Source: an uncultured Acidobacteriota bacterium (GTDB lineage Bacteria > Acidobacteriota > Vicinamibacteria > Fen-336). From it: a stretch of 64,000 bases of DNA. Every line of letters starts with the position of its first letter. Within the stretch, counting starts at the first letter, position 1. Positions 37,651 to 45,593 of this stretch are shown here, piece after piece. The DNA is taken from contig OY970399.1 of the NCBI GenBank assembly GCA_963720545.1, positions 3,424,001 to 3,488,000 on the forward strand. Reading direction: 5' to 3'. The notes below the pieces were generated by a model, which made no database searches, was not told the origin of the DNA, and saw only the letters and a list, made by a program, of their open reading frames with translations. A program made the position numbers and the translations under genes.

Positions 37651-39242
37651 CGGACCCTCCGTGACTTCCAATCGCTCAGGATCTCGAGGGCCGCGATCCG
37701 GCCCGATGCGCCCATGATGCCGCCGCCCGGATGGGTGGCAGCGCCGCAGAGGTAGAGGTTCTTCACCGGCGTGCGGTAGCGCGCCCAGCCGGCGACCGGC
37801 CGCAGGAAGAAGAGCTGCTCGAGCGACAGCTCGCCCTGGAAGATGTTGCCTTCGGTGAGGCCGATCATGCGCTCGATGTCGAGCGGCGTCAGCACTTGGC
37901 GGTGCAGGATCAGGCTCTTGAGGTTGGGGGCGTGCTCGCTGATCGCATCGATGACGGCGTCGCCGAACGCCTCGCGCTTCTCGTCCCAGGTGCCCTCGCG
38001 CAGCTTGTAGGGCGCGTACTGCACGAAACAGGACATGGTGTGCTTGCCGGGAGGTGCCACCGAAGGGTCGGTGAGCGACGGGATGACGACGTCGCAATAG
38101 GGCCGCCGCGAGAAGTCGCCGTACTTGGCGTCGTCGTAGGCGCGCTCCATGTAGTCGAGGCTCGGCGAGATCGAGATCGCGCCGCGCAGGTGCGCGCCCT
38201 TGCCCGGCAGGCTCCTGAAGTCGGGCAGTCCGGAGAGCGCCAGGTTCACCTTGCCCGAGGAGCCGCGGTACTTGTAGCGCTTCACGTCGGCGAGGAACGT
38301 ATCGTCCACGCCGCCCTTCTCGAGCAGGCGCACGAAGGTCTGGTTGGTGTCGAGGCTCGAGACCACAATCGTGGCGTTGATCTCCTCGCCGTTCTCGAGC
38401 ACGACACCTGTGGTCTTGCCGTTCTTCACCTTGATCGTCTGGATCGAGGCTTCGGTGCGGATCTCGACGCCCGCCTCGAGCGCGGCGCCGGCGATCGCGT
38501 AGCTGATGGCGCCGGTGCCGCCGCGCGGCAGGCCCCACGCGCGGAAGGCGCCGTCGATCTCGCCCATGTAGTGGTGCAGCAGGACGTACGCCGTACCCGG
38601 CGAGCGCACGCCGAGGAACGTGCCGATGATGCCGCTGGCCGACATCGTTGCCTTCAGGACGTCGGTCTCGAACCACTGGTCGAGGAAATCGGCGGCGCTC
38701 ATGGTCATGAGCTGGATGATGTTGTGCTGGTCCTTCTTCGTCAGCTTCTGGAAGCGGCGCGACATCGCCGCCAGGTCCCTGATCGCGCGCGCGTCAGGCG
38801 CGTAGGGGTCGGGCGGCACCATCGACAGGATCGGCTTGACGAAGCGCGCCATGTCCACCATCGCGAGCGCGTAGTCGTCGTAGGCCTCGGCATCGACCGG
38901 CGAGTGGCGGTAGATCTCGCGGCGGGTGAGCGCGTGATCGCTCATGCGCCACAGGTGGTTGCCGTCGGGCATCGGCGTGAAGGTGCCGTCGAGCGGCAGG
39001 ATTTCGAGGCCGTGGCGCGGCAGGTCCAGCTCGCGGATGATCTCGGGGCGCAGCAGCGACACCACGTACGAGAACTGCGAAAACTTGAAGCCGGGGAAGA
39101 TCTCCTCTGTCACCGCGGCGCCGCCCAGCACGTGGCGCTTCTCCAGGACCAGGACACTCTTGCCAGCGCGGGCGAGGTAGGCGGCATTCACCAGCCCGTT
39201 GTGGCCGCCGCCGATGATGATCGCGTCGTACGCTTTGGACAT
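37647..39242 (-). CDS. Phytoene dehydrogenase-like (COG1233) FAD oxidoreductase, copy 1
   Basis: IIGGGHNGLV, GGAAVTEE, GTAYVLLHH, GLTEGNIFQGEL, THPGGGIMGASG. Confidence 0.9.
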   Translation of the reverse strand: MSKAYDAIIIGGGHNGLVNAAYLARAGKSVLVLEKRHVLGGAAVTEEIFPGFKFSQFSYVVSLLRPEIIRELDLPRHGLEILPLDGTFTPMPDGNHLWRMSDHALTRREIYRHSPVDAEAYDDYALAMVDMARFVKPILSMVPPDPYAPDARAIRDLAAMSRRFQKLTKKDQHNIIQLMTMSAADFLDQWFETDVLKATMSASGIIGTFLGVRSPGTAYVLLHHYMGEIDGAFRAWGLPRGGTGAISYAIAGAALEAGVEIRTEASIQTIKVKNGKTTGVVLENGEEINATIVVSSLDTNQTFVRLLEKGGVDDTFLADVKRYKYRGSSGKVNLALSGLPDFRSLPGKGAHLRGAISISPSLDYMERAYDDAKYGDFSRRPYCDVVIPSLTDPSVAPPGKHTMSCFVQYAPYKLREGTWDEKREAFGDAVIDAISEHAPNLKSLILHRQVLTPLDIERMIGLTEGNIFQGELSLEQLFFLRPVAGWARYRTPVKNLYLCGAATHPGGGIMGASGRIAALEILSDWKSRRVR

Positions 39243-39296
39243 TGCCCGCGGATTCTAGCGCAGCAAGTGATGCGCCCGCCCGCGCGGCGCCTGCGC

Positions 39297-41030
39297 TCAG
39301 TAGAGCGCCAGCTCGTCGATCGCCATGCGCACCGAAGCGCCCGGTTTCATCGTGCCCTTGTCGACAATGATGGCGAACTCGCGCACCTGCTTCAGGTCGA
39401 GGCTGCCGTCGCTGCGCGGATTGAACGAATGGAAACGTTTCCAGGGCAGAGCGATGGTCCGCCACTGCGGCGTCGCGCGAAAGGATGCGTACCAGTGCTC
39501 GAGGCCCCCGTCGGCCGACGCGGGGTTGGTGTCGCGCAGCTGGACCCAGGCGCGGCTGTCGCTCGTGGCGCGCACCCGCAGCAGCAGGCCGGCGTAAGGC
39601 GCGAGGTCGGGTGGCTGCCGCGTGATGAGAGCGCAGAAAACGTCTGGGTTCGCAGTGCTCGGCACAGCCAGGTCGCAAGGGAACGCGAGCGCGCCGCTGC
39701 CGCCGTCACCGCCGCCCGCGACGAAGCCGGCGCCCGGCATCTGCGACTGCGGGTCGTGTTCGGCCGAGAGCGTCGTGGACGGTGCATCGAACGCGTCGAT
39801 CGCCTTGCGCACCGGAGGCGGCGCTTCCGGCGTGGGCCACGCGGCCGCAGCGGCGCGTGCGCTGCGGTTCGTTTGGTCCTGCACGTAGATCGCGTTGCTG
39901 AGGATCCACGGCGTCCCGAAGCCGGGCAGGCGCACCTCGGCACGCCACACGCCCTGGCCCTCGGCCGGCGCCTCGAGCGGGCTTGTGCCCTCGGCCACGA
40001 CCTGTCCGTCGCGCAGGATCACGGCGCGTGCGTCCGCGGGGAACGAGCCGCGCACCACCGCACGCAGGCCGGAAGCCGGAGCCACCACACCGCCCATCGT
40101 GGTTGCAGCGCCGGCGCGGGGCACGATCTCGAAGGAAAACTCGCTCGCCGGCGCCAGCGCATCGACACCGATGTAGCTGCGCCCGGCCGCCAGTGCCGCC
40201 AGGATCGCGGCCGTGTCGCGCTCGACGTCGCCCGACAGCGGGGCATCGAGCACCACGTAGTTGCGCAGCAGCGCGAACACCGACTGGTAGGACGGAAACC
40301 GCAGCGCCCAGTTCTTGCGCAATTGCAGCCGCTCGTGCGCGTCGGCGCCCGCAATGACGGCGGTGTCGTGGCTGCGGAGCGCCGCGTCCCAATGCGCGAT
40401 TGCGGCATCGGGCGGCGTCATGCTGGAAAGGAGCGCGTACTCGCGGTTGAAGCGGTACGCGAATGCGGTGCGCAGCAGCCGCAGGACGCCGGCCGAACGC
40501 GAGAGGCTGTCGCCGTTCAGCAGCTCGAAACCGGTGAGCCCGGGCAGGTCCCAGGCGGTCCAGGCGAAATCGGCGCGGCGCGAAAAGGGATGCGCTGCCC
40601 ACGCCGTGCCGCCGAGATCGCGGATGTCTTCGAGCGCGTCTTTGGCATCGCCGGAGAAGCGGTAAGCCGGGTCTGCAACGCCGAGGCCGAGGACATGGCC
40701 GGAATTCGTAGACACTTCGGTGCCGACGATGACCAGCACGCCGTCGCGATAGCCGGCGAAAGGCAGCGCGTCGAGATTGTTGTGGTCGGTGATGACGACG
40801 TAGCGCGCGCCGGACGCGCGCGCCGCCGCGACCACTTCCTGCGGCGTGCCGCCCCCGTCCGAGAAAGTCGTGTGGACGTGAATGACGCCGCCAACGCGTG
40901 TACGGCCGTCGGCAACGGCGGGCCCGGTGAGCGCCGCCGGCCGCCAGGTCGCGATGCGCAAGGCCCACGCCGCGAGCGCCAGCACGACGACGCCGACTGC
41001 GACCATGAACTTGCGGCGGCGGGTGGTCAC
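39297..41030 (-). CDS. Membrane-anchored PHP-family metallohydrolase with C-terminal CIA30/CBM11-like domain
   Basis: HVHTTFSDG, ITDHN, GTEVS, AHP, GADAH; C-terminal W..IALPW..F...IDEL. Confidence 0.75.
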   Translation of the reverse strand: MTTRRRKFMVAVGVVVLALAAWALRIATWRPAALTGPAVADGRTRVGGVIHVHTTFSDGGGTPQEVVAAARASGARYVVITDHNNLDALPFAGYRDGVLVIVGTEVSTNSGHVLGLGVADPAYRFSGDAKDALEDIRDLGGTAWAAHPFSRRADFAWTAWDLPGLTGFELLNGDSLSRSAGVLRLLRTAFAYRFNREYALLSSMTPPDAAIAHWDAALRSHDTAVIAGADAHERLQLRKNWALRFPSYQSVFALLRNYVVLDAPLSGDVERDTAAILAALAAGRSYIGVDALAPASEFSFEIVPRAGAATTMGGVVAPASGLRAVVRGSFPADARAVILRDGQVVAEGTSPLEAPAEGQGVWRAEVRLPGFGTPWILSNAIYVQDQTNRSARAAAAAWPTPEAPPPVRKAIDAFDAPSTTLSAEHDPQSQMPGAGFVAGGGDGGSGALAFPCDLAVPSTANPDVFCALITRQPPDLAPYAGLLLRVRATSDSRAWVQLRDTNPASADGGLEHWYASFRATPQWRTIALPWKRFHSFNPRSDGSLDLKQVREFAIIVDKGTMKPGASVRMAIDELALY

Positions 41031-41042
41031 CCTCGTGTGGCC

Positions 41043-42386
41043 CTAGCGCACCAGCAGGATGCGGTTATTGACCGGGTACAGCCACTCGATGCCGCGCTCC
41101 GTGACGAGTCCGTCGTCCTCGAGCGGGATGCGCACCTTGGCGCCGCCGAATTCTGGCGCCGCGGTGTAGGCAAAGAACTCGATCGACAGCAGGTTGCTCG
41201 GCTTCAAAGTGTAGGTGAGGCGCAGCGGATGGAACCACGCGACCGATGGTCCGATGTCGTGGCCCATGTTGCCGACCGAGTGGCAGCCGATGATGACGTC
41301 GGTCTTCGGCCCGCTCGTCGGCTTGTTGAACTCCTTCATCACCTCGAAGCCCGCTTCGCTCGCGCGCTGGTTGAGCGCCGCGAGCGTCTCGTCGGCGCGC
41401 CGGCCCGGCTTGATGTTCCTGCGGATGATCTCGCGCAGCTTCACCGCCTGGTCGAACGCGTTCTGCAGGCCCTTCGGCACCGCCTTCTCGCCGGGCTTCA
41501 GCACGTAGGCCATGCGCTTCACGTCGGTGCAGAAATTGAGGCGGCACACACCCCAGTCGATGATCAGCAGGTCGCCGCGCTGGACGATGCGCTGGTTCGA
41601 CGTGTCCTCGATGCCCTTCGGGCCGGTGACGTAGACGGATGGCATGTCGAAGGACGAAGACAGGCCCTGTTCGAGCAGCCGGTCCTGCATCCACCAAGCC
41701 ACGTCCTCGAGCGCCGTCACCCCCGGCGTGATGACCTCGTTCGACAGCGCGCGCTCGGCGATGTTGCGCGACAGCTCGCCGGCGGCGGCGAACGCCGCGA
41801 TCTCGGTGCCCACGCGCCGCGCGCGGAAATCGGAGACGAGCTTCTCGGCCGAGACGAAGCGCGCCGCGTAGTCGGGTCCGAGCGTCTTGCCGAGCTCGAG
41901 GAAGGCGGCGTGCGACAGCCCGTCTGCCGCGCCGATTTCCTCCGACATGTTGAGGCCGATCTTCTTCGGGTTGCGCTCGGCGACGAACTTGCGCAGGTCG
42001 TAGGCGCCTTCCTCCACGATGTCGTAGACCGGGCACTCCTCGAGCATGTAGCCGCCCACGCCGAGCGCCGCGCGCTCGACGCGCTCGCCGCCGCGGTCGG
42101 TGAATATGTAGAAGGCGACCCGCCCCGGATAGCCGCGGCCGAGGTCTTCATAGAGCGGGTCGGGATCGCCTTCCTTCATCATCACGATCCACATGTCGAT
42201 GCCGTTCTCGCGCATCGCCTCGGGCAGGATCAGGTCGAACTTGTCCTTGCGGATCTGGCACAGCGTGTCCCAGCGGCGCCGCGACTCCTGGGCGGACGCG
42301 CGGCGTGGCGCCGCGAGGCTCAGCCCTGCGAGGACGATGAGGGCGGCGCGTGCGGCCCGACTTCGCGCGACTTTGCTTCCTGCCAT
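41043..42386 (-). CDS. Exported M24-family (Xaa-Pro) peptidase
   Basis: Signal peptide; GDLLIIDWG, TDVKRMAY, HSVGNMGHDIG, SIE, LEDD. Confidence 0.82.
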   Translation of the reverse strand: MAGSKVARSRAARAALIVLAGLSLAAPRRASAQESRRRWDTLCQIRKDKFDLILPEAMRENGIDMWIVMMKEGDPDPLYEDLGRGYPGRVAFYIFTDRGGERVERAALGVGGYMLEECPVYDIVEEGAYDLRKFVAERNPKKIGLNMSEEIGAADGLSHAAFLELGKTLGPDYAARFVSAEKLVSDFRARRVGTEIAAFAAAGELSRNIAERALSNEVITPGVTALEDVAWWMQDRLLEQGLSSSFDMPSVYVTGPKGIEDTSNQRIVQRGDLLIIDWGVCRLNFCTDVKRMAYVLKPGEKAVPKGLQNAFDQAVKLREIIRRNIKPGRRADETLAALNQRASEAGFEVMKEFNKPTSGPKTDVIIGCHSVGNMGHDIGPSVAWFHPLRLTYTLKPSNLLSIEFFAYTAAPEFGGAKVRIPLEDDGLVTERGIEWLYPVNNRILLVR

Positions 42387-43171
42387 AGCGTTTCCATCTC
42401 CTCGATCGTGGACCGGGCCGGGGACGAGCCGCGCTCGCGCAGGGCATCCTCGACGAATGCGAAGCGGCGGCGGAACTTGCGATTGGCCGACTTCAGCGCG
42501 CTCTCGGGGTCGATGCCGGTGAGCCGGGCGACGTTGACGAGCGTGAACAGCAGGTCGCCGACTTCCTCCTGCACCCGCAGGTGCACGGGCGGCGCCGCGG
42601 CGAGCGCCACCTTCAGTTCGCGGGCCTCTTCGTCGATCTTGTGCAGGGCATCGCCGGCCGATTTCCAGTCGAAGCCCACCCGGCCCGCCTTGGTCGTGAC
42701 CTGGTACGCCTCCATCAGCGCCGGCTGGGCGGTCGAGACGCCGGCGAGCAGCGATTCGTCACTGCTTTTCCCGGCAGCAGCGCGCTCCTCCACTTTCTGT
42801 GCTTCCCAGTTGCGCAGCACCTCACCGGGCGAACTCGCTGCGACGTCGCCGAACACGTGCGGATGGCGGCGCACCATCTTGTCGGTGACCTTGCGGGCGA
42901 CGTCGGCGGCGGTGAAGCGGCCGCCCTCGGCGGCGATCTGTGCGTGATAGACGACCTGCAGCAGCAGGTCGCCGAGCTCCGCGCTCAGTTCGTCGTCGCT
43001 GCCGTCGATCGCCTCCACCACCTCATAGGCCTCCTCGATGGTGTTGGTCTTCAGGCTCTCGTGGGTCTGTTCGCGGTCCCAGGGACACCCGCCCGGCGCG
43101 CGCAGCCGCGCGATCAGCGCGCACAGCGCCGCGAACGCTTCACCGGCGTTTTCGTCGGTCGAGATCTCCAT
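42320..43171 (-). CDS. mazG: Nucleoside triphosphate pyrophosphohydrolase MazG
   Basis: GGCPWDREQT, EEAYE, ELGDLLLQ, RRHPHVF, EEVGDLLF, KFRRRF. Confidence 0.95.
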   Translation of the reverse strand: MEISTDENAGEAFAALCALIARLRAPGGCPWDREQTHESLKTNTIEEAYEVVEAIDGSDDELSAELGDLLLQVVYHAQIAAEGGRFTAADVARKVTDKMVRRHPHVFGDVAASSPGEVLRNWEAQKVEERAAAGKSSDESLLAGVSTAQPALMEAYQVTTKAGRVGFDWKSAGDALHKIDEEARELKVALAAAPPVHLRVQEEVGDLLFTLVNVARLTGIDPESALKSANRKFRRRFAFVEDALRERGSSPARSTIEEMETLWQEAKSREVGPHAPPSSSSQG

Positions 43172-43275
43172 CGCAGCGATTCTAGGGGTTCAGGGTCGCG
43201 CGGCGAACGGGCCGCTGCTAACGTTTTCATCTGGACCCGAACGCGCCGCCGCCATTTTCGGTTGTCGACATCGAC

Positions 43276-43728
43276 GTGCGCGACCCGCTCGCGGTCGCCA
43301 CCGTGCGCGAGTTGTTCCTCGAGTACGCGGCTGCCATCGGCGTCGACCTGTGCTTCCAGGGGTTCGACGCCGAGGTGGCGTCGCTGCCCGGCCGCTACGG
43401 CGCCGCCGGCGGTGCCCTGCTGCTCGCGGCCGACGCGCAGGGCGCCGTCGGCTGCGCGGCGCTGCGCGAGCAGTCGCCCGGCATCGGCGAGATGAAGCGG
43501 CTGTTCGTCCGTCCGCGCAGCCGCGGCACCGGACTCGGCCGCGCCCTGGCGCTCGCAATCATCGACCGGGCCCGGCGCCACGGTTACGACCGGCTGCGGC
43601 TCGACACGCTGCCGATCGCAGCCATGGGCCGCGCCATACACCTCTACGAGGCGCTGGGGTTTCGCGACATCGCGCCTTACACTTTCAATCCGGTCCCGGG
43701 AGCCAGGTACATGGAATTGCCGCTTTGA
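43276..43728 (+). CDS. GNAT-family N-acetyltransferase
   Basis: [26 protein letters not shown]. The start may lie upstream (in-frame CTG at 43231). Confidence 0.88.
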   Translation: MRDPLAVATVRELFLEYAAAIGVDLCFQGFDAEVASLPGRYGAAGGALLLAADAQGAVGCAALREQSPGIGEMKRLFVRPRSRGTGLGRALALAIIDRARRHGYDRLRLDTLPIAAMGRAIHLYEALGFRDIAPYTFNPVPGARYMELPL

Positions 43729-44507
43729 AGCTGCCCCTCTTTCACGTCGACGCGTTCACCTCGCGGCCGTTCGGTGGCAACCCGGCCGCGGTCTGCCCGC
43801 TCGAGGGCGACACCTGGCTCGATGACGCCACGCTGCAGTCGATCGCCGCGGAGAACAACCTCTCGGAGACTGCGTTCGTCATGGGCCGCGGCGGCGAGTA
43901 CCAGCTGCGCTGGTTCACGCCACGCCTCGAGATCGACCTGTGCGGCCACGCCACGCTTGGCACCGCTTACGTCATCTTCAACCGCCTCGAGACCGGTCTC
44001 ACGCACGCCAGCTTCAAGACCCGCAGCGGCACGCTCACCGTCGATGGCGAAGGCGACACGCTGTGGCTCGACTTTCCGTCGCGGCCGCCGCAGAGCGCGC
44101 AGCCGCCGGCCAACTTGTCGGCCGGCCTCGGCGCGCAGCCGCAGGAAACGCTCGCCGCTCGCGACTACCTGTTCGTGTTCGGCAGCGAGGAGGAAGTTGC
44201 CGCGCTGCGCCCCGACTTCCGGATCCTGGCCCGCTGGGAGCGGATGGTGATCGTCACGGCGCCCGGACGTTCCGTGGACTTCGTCTCGCGCTTCTTCGCG
44301 CCGACGAGCGGCATCGACGAAGACCCGGTCACCGGCTCCGCGCACTGCACGCTCATCCCGTACTGGGCGAAGCGCCTCGGCAAGGACCGCCTCGAGGCGC
44401 GCCAGGTCTCGGAGCGCATCGGCGAGCTGCGCTGTGAGCTGCGTGGCGAGCGCGTGCGCATCGGCGGCTCGGTGCGCCCGTACCTCGAAGGAACCATCGA
44501 GCTTTGA
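43725..44507 (+). CDS. PhzF-family isomerase
   Basis: [40 protein letters not shown] at 43725. Confidence 0.92.
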   Translation: MKLPLFHVDAFTSRPFGGNPAAVCPLEGDTWLDDATLQSIAAENNLSETAFVMGRGGEYQLRWFTPRLEIDLCGHATLGTAYVIFNRLETGLTHASFKTRSGTLTVDGEGDTLWLDFPSRPPQSAQPPANLSAGLGAQPQETLAARDYLFVFGSEEEVAALRPDFRILARWERMVIVTAPGRSVDFVSRFFAPTSGIDEDPVTGSAHCTLIPYWAKRLGKDRLEARQVSERIGELRCELRGERVRIGGSVRPYLEGTIEL

Positions 44508-45340
44508 GCGCAACACGCCGGGTCGTGATCGCCACGGCACTGGCGGCGCTGCTGGTGCGCGACGCCGGCGCCGACTCGTTCGAGTTCGGCAAGACCGCAG
44601 CCGTCATAAACGGGGCCGCCGTGGGCATCAGCGCCTTCGACCAGAAGATCTGGGCCCCGGGTCCGTGCCGCTGGTGCAAGACCAACTCCTTCGACGACTG
44701 GTTCATCGGCGGCGACACGCGGCCGCGCAAGAACGCGCGGCGCGTGAGCGACTTCCTGCTGGCGGGGTCGCTCGCCTCGTCGCTGGTCGCGAGCGGCGCC
44801 TTCGACGGCAACCGCAGCGGCGGCGAACTGGGCGTGTGGGTGACGACCATGGGCGCTTCCGTGTTCACGCTGCAGCTCAGCAAGCAGCTGATCCGGCGCC
44901 AGCGCCCGTACGCGCGCAGCCACCCCGACAACGACCCCGACGACAACAAGTCGTTCTTCTCCGGCCACACCGCATTGTCGGTGGCAGGCGCGGTGGCCGC
45001 ACGCAAGATGCGGAGCCTTTCGGGCCGTGAAGGCGGCGGCGCCATGGCAGACGTCGCGCTCGTCTCGGCCGGTGTCACCGGCGCTCTGCGTGTCGTCGCC
45101 CGCAAGCACTACGTCACGGACGTGGCGGTGGGCGCCGCCGTCGGCGTCGCCGCCGGCATCCTGGTGCCAAAGCTGATGTGGCACAGGACAACCGAGGATC
45201 CGGTCGTCAACTACCGCGCTGCCACCGCGTTCACTGCCGCGCCCCTCGCCCAATTCGGCAGCGACCGCCGCGCCTGGAGCGTCGGCATCGGCGGCAGCCC
45301 CCAGGCCACAGGAATGTCCTTCGGCTTGTCCTGGCGCTGA
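44504..45340 (+). CDS. PAP2-family phosphatase
   Basis: KQLIRRQRP, SFFSGH, RVVARKHYVTDV. Confidence 0.82.
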   Translation: MSATRRVVIATALAALLVRDAGADSFEFGKTAAVINGAAVGISAFDQKIWAPGPCRWCKTNSFDDWFIGGDTRPRKNARRVSDFLLAGSLASSLVASGAFDGNRSGGELGVWVTTMGASVFTLQLSKQLIRRQRPYARSHPDNDPDDNKSFFSGHTALSVAGAVAARKMRSLSGREGGGAMADVALVSAGVTGALRVVARKHYVTDVAVGAAVGVAAGILVPKLMWHRTTEDPVVNYRAATAFTAAPLAQFGSDRRAWSVGIGGSPQATGMSFGLSWR

Positions 45341-45505
45341 GCGCCCGGACTCCGAAGTCCAGCGCTTCGGTCAGTCGCGCTGGTGCGAACGAACCGCCAT
45401 CTGCGTAAGCGTATTCCTGACCGTTGCATCGGTGGGGCGAGGCATTGCCTTTGGGCTGCTACACAAGTGTCGATTAGAAGGCCTGGACCGTAGCCAATAC
45501 AACTA

Positions 45506-45556
45506 TTGACATTACGCGACGAGCGGTGCTAAAAGGCGTGATATATCACATATCAC
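45506..45556 (+). promoter_or_regulatory. Islet operon promoter with palindromic operator
   Basis: TTGACA 45506-45511, 18 nt, TGc-TAAAAG; perfect palindrome GTGATATATCAC 45538-45549 plus an extra ATATCAC 45550-45556; GGAGG SD before ATG 45594/45597. Confidence 0.6.
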
Positions 45557-45593
45557 AGCGTAAATCCCCAACCATCAGTCAGTTCGGAGGTTA

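Noticed and set aside
36061..39242. Carotenoid biosynthesis (crtI) assignment
   Set aside because: No crtB/crtE/crtY context; only family-level similarity is supportable.
37731..42947. 1738-aa plus-strand ORF
   Set aside because: Antisense shadow of four well-supported minus-strand genes; long stop-free antisense frames are expected at this GC and codon bias.
45341..45593. attL-type duplication of the tRNA-Leu(CAA) 3' end at the left islet border
   Set aside because: Only TGGTGC (45381-45386, 6 bp) matches, which is not significant.
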